Assembly: GCA_963828465.1 (NCBI GenBank)
Contig: CAWHEU010000024.1
Coordinates: 1-64,000, forward strand
DNA: 64,000 bases
Source of the DNA: an uncultured Acidobacteriota bacterium
GTDB taxonomy: Bacteria > Actinomycetota > Acidimicrobiia > Spongiisociales > ZC4RG35
Direction of reading: 5' to 3'
A program made the position numbers and the translations under genes. The notes below the pieces were generated by a model. The model worked only from the letters and a program-made list of their open reading frames with translations, was not told the origin of the DNA and did not search any database. Below, piece after piece: positions 48,771 to 59,091 of this stretch; the stretch's first letter is position 1, and each line of letters begins with the position of its first letter.

Positions 48771-50321
48771 CAGAACGTGCCGATCTCGCCGAATTGCAGC
48801 CGGTCGATCCAGAGAACGATCACCGCCGTCATCCCCGCCAGGATGACGGCGAGAGCGAGCGCCATGGCGAACGATGCCGATCCGGGCCGGGAGAGAAGTC
48901 GCACGATCATCACAGGCATGGTGGCCGTGTTGGGACGGGCAATGAAGGATGTGGCCCCGAACTCGCCGAGTGAGATCACGAAGGCGAATGCGGCCCCGAC
49001 CAGGGCGGCACGGGTGACGATGGGAAGGTCGATCTCCCTCCAGACCCGGCCCGGGGATGCGCCCAGCACCGCGGGCTGCCTCCCGGGTCTCTGCCGGTAT
49101 AGAGCGGAGAGTTGGCACGGTGCTGCGCACGACGAACGGAATGGCGACGAGGGCATGTGCGATCGGGATCAGCCAGAACGACGCTCGGAGGTCGACCGGC
49201 TCGCCTAAGGCCACGATGAACCCGAATCCGATGGTCACCGCCGACGTCCCCAGCGGAAGCATGAGCGTGAGGTCGAACCAGCGTGACATGGTGCCTCTGC
49301 CCCCAGTGATGACGGAAGATGCCATCACCCCGATGAGGACCGCGATCACCGAGGCGATGACGGCGAAGCGCAGGCTGTTTCCGATCGACGCGATCGGAGT
49401 GCCAACCACCGGATCGTCCCGGAAGAGGCCGGCGTAGGCAACGCCTCGTAGCGACCGGGCCACCAACACGACGACGGGGATGGCCAGAGCCATCAGAGTG
49501 CCGATGACAGAGGCGCCGACGAGGACACGCGCCCGGCCATTTGGCTTCGGCCGGTCCGCCTCGGCACGGAGTGCCCAGGTCGAGGTGTGGCGCTCCTGAT
49601 AGCGGGAGTAGGCATAGAGGGTCGCCGTCACCCCTACCAGTTGCACGACGGCCAGGGCGGCGGCCAGTGGCAGGTCGAACAGGGTCACCGCCTGTCGATA
49701 GATCTCCACCTCGAGGGTGGCGTACCTGAATCCGCCGAGGATCAGCACCACGCCGAACGAGGTGAAGGTGAACAAGAACACAATGGCGGAGGCGGCTGCA
49801 ATCGCAGGTCGTAGGAGTGGGAGCGTGATGGTCCGGAACACCTTCCACTCGCTTGCTCCCAACACGCGCCCGGCATCGTGCAGGTCGGGATCGAGTCGTG
49901 ACCACAAGGCTCCGACGGTCCTGACGACCACGGCGACGTTGAAGAAGATATGGGCAACGAGGATGGCCCCGACGGAATCCCTCCAGCCCAGCGCCACGAA
50001 TGCCGCGCCGACGACCACGGTGGGCAACACGAATGGCACAGTCACCAGTGCCGTGGCCAGTTTGCGCCCGCGGAACTCGAATTGAGAGACGGCCCATGTC
50101 ATCGGCGCCGCCGCCGCCACGGTCAGCACCGTCGACAACACCGCCTGCCACAGGGTGAACCACCCGATTTGAAAGAGCCGAGCCTCGACTCCGTCGAAGC
50201 CGATGTTGAGCTCCGACAGCCCCAGGGTGAGGATCCTTATGAGCGGGTAGAGGAAGAAATACCCGATGAACAGGGCCGGGACGGCCGCGACCAGGACATG
50301 GCCCCAGCGAATCGGCCTCAT
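48770..50321 (-). CDS. thiP: Thiamine ABC transporter permease (frameshift near 49072)
   Basis: Two permease halves with EAA-like motifs; C-terminus in another frame; lies between thiB and thiQ. Confidence 0.85.
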
Positions 50322-51352
50322 CAACCCTCCATCACGCCAACCCACTCGTCGATCCACCGGTCGCGGTTCTCGGCGATGGTGGCCGGGTCGAGCCTGGCAG
50401 GGTCGGCGGGAATGGTGGTGTGCTCGATGAACTCAGGGGGCAACTGAGCCCCGTCGTTGACCGGGAACACAAACCAGGTGAGGGGCACGGTCTCCTGGAA
50501 CTCGACCGACAGCATGTAATCGATCAGCTCACCTGCAGCCTGGGGGTAGTCCGTCCCGGCCAGGACGCCGGCGTATTCCACCTGTCGATAGCACCCGGCC
50601 TCGACGACACCGGTTGGAGCCTCATCAATCGGCTCACTGGCGAAGACGACTTCGGCGGGCGGCGACGAGGCATACGAGACGACCATCGGGCTGTCTCCAC
50701 CGTACGGCGTGAAGTCGCTGTAATAGGCGGTGTCCCAGTCCGGGACGACGCGGACACCGCCAGCCTTCAGGTCGGACCAGAACTCGAGCCAGCCATCCTC
50801 CCCGTACTCGTCGATGGTGGCGAGGAGAAAGGCCAGACCTGGTGATGAGGTGGCGGGGTGCTCGACAGTCAGCACTCCGGCAAGGGCCGGGTCACGAAGT
50901 TGGTCGAGCTCGGTCGGAACGGCCGTTCCCTTTTCGGCGAACCAAGACTTGTCGTAGTTGATGCAAACGTCGCCGTAGTCGATCGGGGTCACCAGGTCGG
51001 TGTCGGGGACGAACTGGTCGCCTACCTCCCCGAGCAGGTCGCTCCGATGCTCCGCGAAGATCTCCTCGTCGATCGCCCTGGACAAGAACGTGTCATCGAC
51101 GCCGAACATCACGTCGGCGAGTGGGTTGTCCTTGGACAGGGCGGCCTGGTTCACCATCGACCCGGCATCACCGGCGGCGATCATCTCGACCCCGATCCCG
51201 GTCCTCTCGGTGAAACCGGCAAATGTCTCTTCGCTCACCGACCCGGCGAACGAGTCATGCGCCATGAGGCGGAGGGTGTCCGGCGTCTCGGCCTCTTCGG
51301 CTCCGCACGCGATAACGGCAACTAGCACCGCCACGGTCAGGAACTTCCGCAC
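50321..51352 (-). CDS. thiB: Thiamine ABC transporter substrate-binding lipoprotein
   Basis: IAC lipobox, HDSF, GDAG, TSSPGLAF, VSYASSP and QVEYAG motifs; TPP riboswitch upstream. Confidence 0.92.
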   Translation of the reverse strand: MRKFLTVAVLVAVIACGAEEAETPDTLRLMAHDSFAGSVSEETFAGFTERTGIGVEMIAAGDAGSMVNQAALSKDNPLADVMFGVDDTFLSRAIDEEIFAEHRSDLLGEVGDQFVPDTDLVTPIDYGDVCINYDKSWFAEKGTAVPTELDQLRDPALAGVLTVEHPATSSPGLAFLLATIDEYGEDGWLEFWSDLKAGGVRVVPDWDTAYYSDFTPYGGDSPMVVSYASSPPAEVVFASEPIDEAPTGVVEAGCYRQVEYAGVLAGTDYPQAAGELIDYMLSVEFQETVPLTWFVFPVNDGAQLPPEFIEHTTIPADPARLDPATIAENRDRWIDEWVGVMEG

Positions 51353-51387
51353 TGTTCATCAACTCCTCGTTGTCGGGAGCGATGAGG

Positions 51388-51478
51388 CGGGTCCCTACGC
51401 CGGCATTATCCGGGTCAGGTTCATCGGTCGGGGTCTCCACAGACCCCCTCTCAGCCCGGTCTCACCGAGCTCCCGTTG
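51388..51478 (-). promoter_or_regulatory. TPP riboswitch
   Basis: Minus strand GGGAGC..GGGCTGAGAG..GAACCTGA.CCGGATAATGCCGGCGTAGGGA matches the THI-box consensus. Confidence 0.95.
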
Positions 51479-51479
51479 C

Positions 51480-51514
51480 GTTATACGTTATCCGTATTGC
51501 GTAGTACGTAAACC
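51480..51514. repeat. Degenerate heptamer tandem repeat
   Basis: GTTATAC GTTATCC GTATTGC GTAGTAC GTAAACC. Confidence 0.5.
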
Positions 51515-51528
51515 TAGAACGCTTGTTT

Positions 51529-52695
51529 TCACGCCACAGGCGTGAAAACAAGCACAGTGTTGTGCCCGCCAAAACCGAAGGAGTTGGTGATGGCGGGGGC
51601 AGGCTCCCATTCCCGAGGCTCTCGTACGACATCGTCGAGTGCGATCTCCGGGTCCAGGTTGGTCAGGCCGATGTTCGCAGGCAGTTCGTGGCGTCGCATC
51701 GCCTCCACGACGACAGCGGCCTCGATGGAGCCCGAAGCCCCCATGGCGTGGCCGGTGGTCCCCTTGATCGATGACACCGCAGGCTGAACTTCGAAGACGC
51801 GGTCGATCACCCCGCCCTCGGTGCGATCGTTCAGTTCGGTACCGGTGCCGTGGGCGTTCACGTAACCGATGTCCTCGGGAGCGATACCGGCGTCGCCCAG
51901 GGCGAGGCGGATCGCCCGCTCCGCCCCCTCCCCGCCAGGGTGGGGTGCCGTGATGTGGTGGGCGTCGGCGGTCGAGGCGCCGCCACTGAGCTCGGCCAGG
52001 ATCGTTGCCCCGCGCTGGATGGCCGAGTCTTCGGTCTCGAGGACCAGGGCCCCCGCACCTTCACCCATGACGAACCCGTCTCGGTCGACGTCGAACGGGC
52101 GGGCGATTCCGCTCGGGGACAGAGCCCTGGCCGCCCTGAACCCCTCCTCGGCGGACGGGCGGGCCGCGGCCTCGGTGCCGCCAACCACCGCTGCGTCGGC
52201 ATATCCCCATTGGATCTGACGGAGCCCTTCGAGAACGGCCTGAGTTCCGGCGGCACAGGCCACGGAAGGCGTGGACACCTGCCCACCGAATCCGTACTTG
52301 ATCGATATCCCGGCGGCGGCGGCGTTGGTCATCATCATCGGGATGAGGAACGGTGAAGCCCTTGGCTCGTCCTGATCGGCGACATGAACAAGTTCCTCGA
52401 GAGATCCGAGGCCGCCGATGCCGGTGGCCACCGAGACCGTCACCCGGTTGGGGTCGACATTGAGCGGGCCGGCCTGCTCCAGGGCCTCGTGGGCCGCGAC
52501 GAGTGCGAATTGGGTGAATCGATCGAGACGGCGGTGCTCGCGCTTTGGAAGCCAAGGCTCCGGGTCCCAGTTGGCGACCAGCTGCGACCCCGGCGCCGAT
52601 GGGGGCTGTTGCATGCCCTTCCACAGATCGTCCATGCCGACACCGGGTGCGGCCACGACACCGATCCCGGTGACGACAACCTTCCGCATGCTCAT
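51529..52695 (-). CDS. fabF: Beta-ketoacyl-ACP synthase II
   Basis: ACAAG, NAHGTGT, GH.MGASG (Cys-His-His) and NSFGFGG motifs. Confidence 0.9.
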   Translation of the reverse strand: MSMRKVVVTGIGVVAAPGVGMDDLWKGMQQPPSAPGSQLVANWDPEPWLPKREHRRLDRFTQFALVAAHEALEQAGPLNVDPNRVTVSVATGIGGLGSLEELVHVADQDEPRASPFLIPMMMTNAAAAGISIKYGFGGQVSTPSVACAAGTQAVLEGLRQIQWGYADAAVVGGTEAAARPSAEEGFRAARALSPSGIARPFDVDRDGFVMGEGAGALVLETEDSAIQRGATILAELSGGASTADAHHITAPHPGGEGAERAIRLALGDAGIAPEDIGYVNAHGTGTELNDRTEGGVIDRVFEVQPAVSSIKGTTGHAMGASGSIEAAVVVEAMRRHELPANIGLTNLDPEIALDDVVREPREWEPAPAITNSFGFGGHNTVLVFTPVA

Positions 52696-52717
52696 GTGCT
52701 CAATTCTGCCCGAAACC

Positions 52718-53488
52718 TCACGCTGGGAAAACCGTCCGTTGCAGCTTTCTCATTCCCCCAATCCACCGGTCGTAATCGTTGGCCTTGTTCTGAAAGAACT
52801 TTTCGACCTCGGCATGGGGCAGGATGAGGAAGCGCTCGGCCGCGATCCCGGCGACCACAGCGTCTGCCACCTCGTCAGGATCCAGGGCCAGGGGGTCGAG
52901 CAGGGTGTGGAACTCGTCGGCCGAGTCGAGAAGCGGAGTCTTGACCCCCATCGGGCACAGACAGCTCACCTTGATCCCCTGGTCTCCGTAGGTGATGGCG
53001 AGCCATTCGGCAAAGGACACGGCGGCGTGTTTGGTGACCGAGTACTGGGCAGCCTTCAGGTTGGTGAGGAGCCCGGCCGCCGACGCGGTCGACAGAAAAT
53101 ACCCCTCACCTCGTGCCAGCCATCCCGGGATGAGGCGGCGGGCAGCATGCACGTGTGACATCAGATTCACCTGCCACATGAAGTCCCAGCGCTCCGGAGC
53201 GGTCTGCTCATCGCCGGCGAAGCCGATTCCCGCGTTGGCACAAAAGAGGTCGACCGGCCCGAACCGATCCTCCGTCTCGTCGATGAGGCGGTCATTGGAC
53301 TCCGGGTCGGCGACGTCAACGTGCACTGCGGTGGCGCCGATGTCGGATGCGACCGACGTCGCCGATGCAATATCGAGATCAGCCACGATCAGGCCTCGGG
53401 GGTTCTCCTCGGCGAACCGTCGCGCCATGGCGGCGCCGATTCCGCTGCCCCCGCCGGTGACGACGACTACCCGATCAATGATGTTCAA
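52718..53488 (-). CDS. Short-chain dehydrogenase/reductase
   Basis: TGGGSGIG, ANAG and YSVTK motifs. Confidence 0.92.
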   Translation of the reverse strand: MNIIDRVVVVTGGGSGIGAAMARRFAEENPRGLIVADLDIASATSVASDIGATAVHVDVADPESNDRLIDETEDRFGPVDLFCANAGIGFAGDEQTAPERWDFMWQVNLMSHVHAARRLIPGWLARGEGYFLSTASAAGLLTNLKAAQYSVTKHAAVSFAEWLAITYGDQGIKVSCLCPMGVKTPLLDSADEFHTLLDPLALDPDEVADAVVAGIAAERFLILPHAEVEKFFQNKANDYDRWIGGMRKLQRTVFPA

Positions 53489-55269
53489 AATGGCGCGCTC
53501 TCGAGCAACGACGCCCCGCCCTTCACGGCGGGAGCGAGTCCGTTGGCCATCGGCAGCAGCTGCTCACCGTAGAAGCGGGCGGTGGTCACCTTGTCGGCCA
53601 GGAAAGACTCCTCGAATCCGGGTGGTTCGCCAAGGGCGGCGACCGCAGTGCGGGCCATGAGCCAGCCCCCGAGCACGATTCCGAACTGCCGCAGGTACGG
53701 CGAGGCGCCGGCCAGCGCCGATTGGATGTCCCCGGCGACCAGCCGCTCGCCCAGCCAGGTAGAAGTCTCAGCGAGGCCCTGTATGGCGACACCAAGTTCC
53801 TCACGGAACATGACCAGTTCCTCATGCCCTTCCATGGTGGCGAGCTCATCGGTCATGGCGCCGATGACACCGGCGACAACGGCGCCGTTTTCGAGCGGGA
53901 TCTTGCGCAGCACGAGATCGATGGCCTGGATGCCGTTAGTGCCCTCGTAGATCGGTGCGATCCTCGAGTCCCGCAGGAACTGTGCGGCCCCGGTTTCTTC
54001 GATATAGCCCATGCCCCCGTGCACCTGCACTCCGAGCGAGGCGACCTCGACGCCGACGTCGGTGCACCAGGCCTTGATGATCGGGGTGAGCAGGGCCAGG
54101 CGATCGGAGGCGAGCTTTCGCCGCTCTTCGCTATCGGCATGACCGAGATGGTCACCTTCGGCCGCCGTGACATAGAGGAGGGAGCGCATCGCTTCGACGT
54201 ACGCCTTCATCGTGAGCAGCATGCGACGGACATCTGGGTGCTCGACGATTGGGACGCTGGCCTTGGACTCGGCGCCGATGGACCGACCCTGGACTCTCTC
54301 CCGGGCGTAGTCGAGGGCGTGTTGATAAGCCCTCTCGCCTATGGCGACCCCCTCCATGCCGACGCCCACCCGGGCCATGTTCATCATGGTGAACATGTTC
54401 CGCATTCCCTCCTGCTCGTCACCAACGAGGTACCCGACGGCCCCATTTCCCTCGTCGCCGTAGGAGATCACACAGGTCGGGGAGGCGTGGATGCCCAACT
54501 TGTGCTCGAGCGAGACCACTTTCAGATCGTTGCGCTCACCCAGCTCTCCGTTCTCGTCGAGGATGAATTTGGGGACCAGGAACATCGATATCCCGCGGGT
54601 CCCCGGGGCGGCGTCTGGTGTTCGGGCCAGGACCAAGTGGACGATGTTCTCGGTCAGGTCCTGGTCACCCCAGGTGATGAAGATCTTGGTCCCGAACAGG
54701 CGGTAGGAGCCATCGTCCTGTGGCACTGCCTTGGTCCGGACGGCTCCCAGGTCGGATCCTGCCTCGGGCTCGGTCAGGTTCATGGTGCCGGTCCACTCGC
54801 CGTTGACCAGCTTTTCGATGTAAGCGGCCTTCAACTCGTCAGACCCATGCCGGTGCAAGGCCTCGACTGCTCCGTGGGTGAGCATGGCCGCCAGGGAGAA
54901 AGCCATGTTGGCCGTCTTGAACATCTCCTCGATGACGACTCCCACCACGTATGGCATACCGCCGCCGCCCCATTGCTCGGGCATGTGCGCCGCTGCCCAC
55001 CCCGACTCGACGTACTTTCGATACGCCTCCTTGAAGCCCTCGGGGGTTCGCACGGTTCCCGCCTCGGTGAGGACCGAGCCCTCCTCGTCGCCGGTCCGGT
55101 TGAGCGGCGCCATCACCTCGGTGAAGAACCGGCCCGCCTCCTCGAGAATTGCCCCCACCGTGTCTGGATCGGCGTCCTGATGGCCATCGAGCTTGGCAAC
55201 GTCCTCCAACCCGGCGACATGGGTGAGGGTGAACATCATGTCGTCGATGCGCGGCTGGTACCCGGCCAT
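53485..55269 (-). CDS. Acyl-CoA dehydrogenase (long, DmdC/FadE5-like)
   Basis: MNLTEPEAGSD, GTKIFIT, QVHGGMGY and IYEGTNGIQ motifs. Confidence 0.93.
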   Translation of the reverse strand: MAGYQPRIDDMMFTLTHVAGLEDVAKLDGHQDADPDTVGAILEEAGRFFTEVMAPLNRTGDEEGSVLTEAGTVRTPEGFKEAYRKYVESGWAAAHMPEQWGGGGMPYVVGVVIEEMFKTANMAFSLAAMLTHGAVEALHRHGSDELKAAYIEKLVNGEWTGTMNLTEPEAGSDLGAVRTKAVPQDDGSYRLFGTKIFITWGDQDLTENIVHLVLARTPDAAPGTRGISMFLVPKFILDENGELGERNDLKVVSLEHKLGIHASPTCVISYGDEGNGAVGYLVGDEQEGMRNMFTMMNMARVGVGMEGVAIGERAYQHALDYARERVQGRSIGAESKASVPIVEHPDVRRMLLTMKAYVEAMRSLLYVTAAEGDHLGHADSEERRKLASDRLALLTPIIKAWCTDVGVEVASLGVQVHGGMGYIEETGAAQFLRDSRIAPIYEGTNGIQAIDLVLRKIPLENGAVVAGVIGAMTDELATMEGHEELVMFREELGVAIQGLAETSTWLGERLVAGDIQSALAGASPYLRQFGIVLGGWLMARTAVAALGEPPGFEESFLADKVTTARFYGEQLLPMANGLAPAVKGGASLLESAPF

Positions 55270-55291
55270 GCCAAAAGGGTACCGAGCACCT

Positions 55292-56245
55292 CTAGCTGTG
55301 GCCCACCTCGAGCTGTGTGATGACGGTTCCGTGGAGGACCTCGTACCCCAATCCCTCGTAGAGGCCATAGGCGCCGGTGGGGTTCTCGGAGTCGACGCCG
55401 AGCATCGTATGTGTCAGTCCGGCGTGGAGAAAAGCATTGAACGAGTTCTCGAGTAGCGCCGATGCAACTCCCCGGCCCCGCCACGCCCGTTTCACCCCAA
55501 GACTTCTCACCCAACCCTCCCGGCGGCCCGTCACTTGCTCGTCGTCGGGGAAGAATCCGTTGAGGGTGTAGCCGACTACCTCGCCCCCAGCCACCGCTTG
55601 AAAGGAGAGATCGAGACGGATCGCATTGCGCTCGATGAGGTGCCGAAAGCTTTCCGAGTCCATGCGGGTCGACCCCCAGTGATCGCCGAAAGCCTCGTTC
55701 AGCGCTTCGCGGGTCCCCTCGTCGAGTGATCGGTCCCAGGGGATGATCTCCACGCCATCGGGTGACCGCGGCACGACCGGCGCTTCCAGCGGCCGGATCA
55801 TCTCCTTTATGAACCGGACGGGCTCCAGGCCGAAGCGGCGGTAGAGCCGAAATTCGTCCTCAACCCAGTCGAACGCATTGGTTCGGATGTACCAGGGCAA
55901 GGCGGGGTCGCACGACGAGAGGGACTCCCGGGCCCGCTCGATCTGCCATCCGATGAGATGCCGGCCGATGCCTTGCCCCCGGTAATCGGGGTCCACCAAC
56001 CCGATCAGAAGGGCCCGCTCCTCACGTGCGCCGCTTGGACGATGCCACACGAGCCCGTACGCCACGAGGGTTCCCTCGAGCCAGTAGCCCCGGGTGTCGT
56101 GCTCGGGGTCGACGAAGGGCTCGTCGAAGTCGTCCTCCACCTCGGACGCCGGAGTCAGCACAGGCAGGTCCCAGAAACGCTCGTAGCGATTCATCAGATC
56201 CGCGACGGCCGGGGCATCCTCCAGAGTCAGAGCCCTGATGTCCAT
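55292..56245 (-). CDS. Tandem GNAT acetyltransferase
   Basis: VDPDYRGQGIG and V.RAWRGRGVA, two motif A copies. Confidence 0.88.
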   Translation of the reverse strand: MDIRALTLEDAPAVADLMNRYERFWDLPVLTPASEVEDDFDEPFVDPEHDTRGYWLEGTLVAYGLVWHRPSGAREERALLIGLVDPDYRGQGIGRHLIGWQIERARESLSSCDPALPWYIRTNAFDWVEDEFRLYRRFGLEPVRFIKEMIRPLEAPVVPRSPDGVEIIPWDRSLDEGTREALNEAFGDHWGSTRMDSESFRHLIERNAIRLDLSFQAVAGGEVVGYTLNGFFPDDEQVTGRREGWVRSLGVKRAWRGRGVASALLENSFNAFLHAGLTHTMLGVDSENPTGAYGLYEGLGYEVLHGTVITQLEVGHS

Positions 56246-56284
56246 ACCGGCAAGGTACCGATGATCGGTTGTGGTGGTGGCCGA

Positions 56285-57064
56285 TTATCCGGCGAGGACA
56301 CCTTCCACCAACCCGGGAAGCACCTCACCGATGGCCGCGTCGATCTTGACCGCGGCTTGCTCATCGGCCTCGGTGGGACCCTGATTGATGATCACGATCG
56401 GAAGTGAGAGATAACCGCCGTACATGACAATGTCGGACGCCGGCGAGACGGACACCGTCGATCCGACGACGATGATGGCGTCCGCCATGGCGAGGAACTC
56501 CATTGCCTTCTCCATCTCCTCCTGGGGCAGGATCTCGCCGAACATCACCGTGGCCGTCTTTACCATCCCGCCGCAGTCCGGGCACGCGGGGTCGAGCTCG
56601 CCGGCCTCCACCCAGGCAAGGACGGTCTCCGTGTCCCAATCCTGCGCGCAGTCCACGCAAAGGCTCTTTCTGACGTTTCCGTGCAATTCGGCCACCTGAT
56701 CGTCGTCGAGACCTGAGACCAGGTGGAGGCCGTCGACGTTCTGGGTGACAACTCCGGCCAGTCGGTCGGCGTCGGCGAGTCTCTTGATGGCTTCGTGCCC
56801 TGTGTTGGGTCGCACCGTGGAGCGGGCGCCCCACAGCTCGCCATCGAGGTGCATCTTCCAGCCCCTCATCCTGAGCTCGGGACTCGACCGATAGCGATCG
56901 ATATGGAAGTCGTCGGGGTCGACTTTGCTCCACAAGCCATCAGGCCCGCGGAAATCGGGGATTCCCGACTCCGTCGAGATCCCGGCACCGGTGAACACCA
57001 GAATCTTTTCCGCAGGGCGCAAGACGGCGATGGCCGATTCGATGTCGGAGGATGTTTGGGTCAC
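56285..57064 (-). CDS. cobB: Sir2 family NAD-dependent protein deacylase
   Basis: TGAGISTESGIPDFR, TQNVDGLH, HG and two CxxC motifs. Confidence 0.92.
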   Translation of the reverse strand: MTQTSSDIESAIAVLRPAEKILVFTGAGISTESGIPDFRGPDGLWSKVDPDDFHIDRYRSSPELRMRGWKMHLDGELWGARSTVRPNTGHEAIKRLADADRLAGVVTQNVDGLHLVSGLDDDQVAELHGNVRKSLCVDCAQDWDTETVLAWVEAGELDPACPDCGGMVKTATVMFGEILPQEEMEKAMEFLAMADAIIVVGSTVSVSPASDIVMYGGYLSLPIVIINQGPTEADEQAAVKIDAAIGEVLPGLVEGVLAG

Positions 57065-57152
57065 GCCGGATTATCCGGCTTCTCGACCCCGTAGCTCAAC
57101 TGTCCTCACGAAATCGGTGTGACCCGGGGAGAGCCCGGCGTACGATTCGGTT

Positions 57153-57536
57153 GTGACGACATCGGAAGTCCAGGCCTGGCTCGATCGCTACATCGAGGCG
57201 TGGCAGAAGAACGACCCCGAACTGGTCGAGGCACTGTTCACCAGCGACGCCGTCTACCGCTTCCGGCCGTACGGGGGCGATGGCCGGGTCGCCGAAGGTA
57301 TCGCCGACATCGTGAGCAGCTGGATCGACTTCGACGAGGATCCGGCGAAGTGGGAGGCGTCGTACCGGCCCTACGCCGTCGAAGGCGATCGGGCGGTTGC
57401 TACTGGTACCAGTCGGTATTTCGGTGCCGGGGACAAGGGCGACGAGGTGTATCACAACTGCTTCCTGCTCCGGTTCGCCGAGGGCCGTTGCGCCGAGTTC
57501 ACCGAGTACTGGATGCTCGAGCCGAGCGAGAGCTGA
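57153..57536 (+). CDS. SnoaL/NTF2-like protein
   Basis: YIEAW..ND, LFTSDAVY and C.EFTEYW motifs. Confidence 0.82.
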   Translation: MTTSEVQAWLDRYIEAWQKNDPELVEALFTSDAVYRFRPYGGDGRVAEGIADIVSSWIDFDEDPAKWEASYRPYAVEGDRAVATGTSRYFGAGDKGDEVYHNCFLLRFAEGRCAEFTEYWMLEPSES

Positions 57537-57542
57537 CCCGGG

Positions 57543-58964
57543 ATGTCCGATCCCCAATCGGAGATGATGCGCAAGGGCTGGGATCCCGAGGAAGGGCTCG
57601 ACTCGCTCAAAACCCCCCTCTTCCAAACCTCCACCTTCGTGTTCGAGTCCGCGGCTGCGGCCGAGCGTCTCTTCGCCATCGTCTATGGAGGGGAGACTCC
57701 GGAGCCGGGCGAGGACGTGGGGTTCATTTACACCCGAATGGACCACCCGAACCTGGTCGTCGTCGAGGGCCGGCTTGCCGTGTGGGACGGGGCGGAGGCA
57801 GCGCTCATCTTCTCCAGCGGGACCTCTGCCGTCTTCACCACCTTCCTCACCCATGCCAGACCCGGCAGCTTGATCCTCCACAGCACACCCCTGTACGGGG
57901 GTACGAACACCATGCTCTACAAGGTGCTGGCGCCGCTTGGCTATGAGATGGCCGCCTACGGCCCGGATGCATCACAGGATGAGGTCGAGGATTTGATCGG
58001 GGACCGCGACCTCGCTGCGGTGTACTTGGAGACTCCGGCCAACCCGAGCAACGACGTTTTCGACATCGACCTTGCGGCGCGGGTCGCGGCCGCAGCAACG
58101 ACGCCCGAGCAGCGCGCGCTGACAATCGTGGACAACACGTTTCTCGGGCCGTATGCCCAGCGTCCGCTGGACCACGGGGCCGACCTCGTGGTGTACTCGG
58201 CCACCAAGTACTTCGGGGGCCACGACGATCTGGTGGCCGGGGTGGTGACCGGTGCGTCCGCGTTGATCGAACCGATGAAGACGATGCGGTACAGGATCGG
58301 AACCACCGCCGATCCACATACCGCGTGGCTCCTGGGGCGGAGTCTGGAGACCTACGCCATCAGGGTCGAGCGCGAGACCGCAAGCGCCGGCCGGGTGGCC
58401 GGGTTTTTGGCCGGGCACCCGAAGATCGCGAGTGTTCGCTACCTCGGCCTCATCGAGGACGAGGATCCCCGGGCGGACCTGGCCAAACGCCAATGGTCTT
58501 CGGCGGGCGCCATGATCTCTTTCGATGTGGCCGGGGGGAAAGAGGAGGCGTTTCGCTTCCTCGACTCGATGAGGCTCATCGCCAACACCACGTCCCTGGG
58601 AGGAACCCAGTCGATCGCATGCCACCCGTGGACCACGACTCACTCCAATGTCGACCCGGCGACCAAGCTTCGGATTGGCATCACCGATGCAATGATCCGC
58701 CTGTCGATAGGGGTGGAGGCGCCCGAGGACATCATCGCCGACCTCGACCAAGCCCTGGAGGTCCCCCCTCCCCGCTGCGCGGTACTCCCCCCTTCGGGGA
58801 GAAGATGGGTCGAACAGCCCATTCTCAACCGCTTCCCCCTCGGGAATAATCACCTACGGACGCGCTTGGGAGACGTGAGTAGGGAGAGGCATGAGCCACG
58901 GGCCGCTTGTTCTCGGGGGTTAGCTCAAATCGTCTCCCAACCGCGCCGCTATTCCAAAGTCTGA
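57543..58964 (+). CDS. Trans-sulfuration PLP enzyme (methionine gamma-lyase/cystathionine gamma-synthase family); aberrant C-terminal extension after about 58763
   Basis: QTSTF, YTR, ETPANP, VDNTF, SATKYFGGH and IRLSIGVE..DLDQAL motifs. Confidence 0.88.
   Translation: MSDPQSEMMRKGWDPEEGLDSLKTPLFQTSTFVFESAAAAERLFAIVYGGETPEPGEDVGFIYTRMDHPNLVVVEGRLAVWDGAEAALIFSSGTSAVFTTFLTHARPGSLILHSTPLYGGTNTMLYKVLAPLGYEMAAYGPDASQDEVEDLIGDRDLAAVYLETPANPSNDVFDIDLAARVAAAATTPEQRALTIVDNTFLGPYAQRPLDHGADLVVYSATKYFGGHDDLVAGVVTGASALIEPMKTMRYRIGTTADPHTAWLLGRSLETYAIRVERETASAGRVAGFLAGHPKIASVRYLGLIEDEDPRADLAKRQWSSAGAMISFDVAGGKEEAFRFLDSMRLIANTTSLGGTQSIACHPWTTTHSNVDPATKLRIGITDAMIRLSIGVEAPEDIIADLDQALEVPPPRCAVLPPSGRRWVEQPILNRFPLGNNHLRTRLGDVSRERHEPRAACSRGLAQIVSQPRRYSKV
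58762..58803. repeat. REP-like double-hairpin unit, copy of 6784-6829
   Basis: TCCCCCCTCC-hairpin-TACTCCCCCCTTCGGGGAGAA. Confidence 0.75.
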
Positions 58965-59056
58965 GGCTTCTTCTGCCGCGATCTGCGGTCAGAAGTAGCG
59001 GGTGCTCCTACCCAATGGAGCCGGCGAGGGCGGCCCTTCGGGGCCGCCCTTGCTTA
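58862..59056 (+). ncRNA. Candidate structured ncRNA with terminator
   Basis: Stems 58866-75/58931-40, 58946-51/58996-59001, 58970-80/58984-95 and 59004-08/59017-21, then a 13-bp TTCG hairpin 59024-59053. Confidence 0.4.
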
Positions 59057-59091
59057 TCGACGATCGGCTCTCACCTAGATTCGCCGGTCAT

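Noticed and set aside
48198-50357. Apparent 719-aa permease
   Set aside because: An artefact of the frameshift near 49072; the real products are separate ThiP and ThiQ.
53722-55320. Long antisense ORFs (532 aa here; also 673-1944, 12647-13723, 20986-22074, 27890-28885, 59071-60066)
   Set aside because: They are shadow frames of well-supported genes in high-GC DNA and carry no recognisable motifs.
58916-58930. tRNA-like start CGGGGGTTAGCTCAAAT
   Set aside because: No anticodon arm, T arm or matching acceptor strand follows; the bases fit the larger stem instead.
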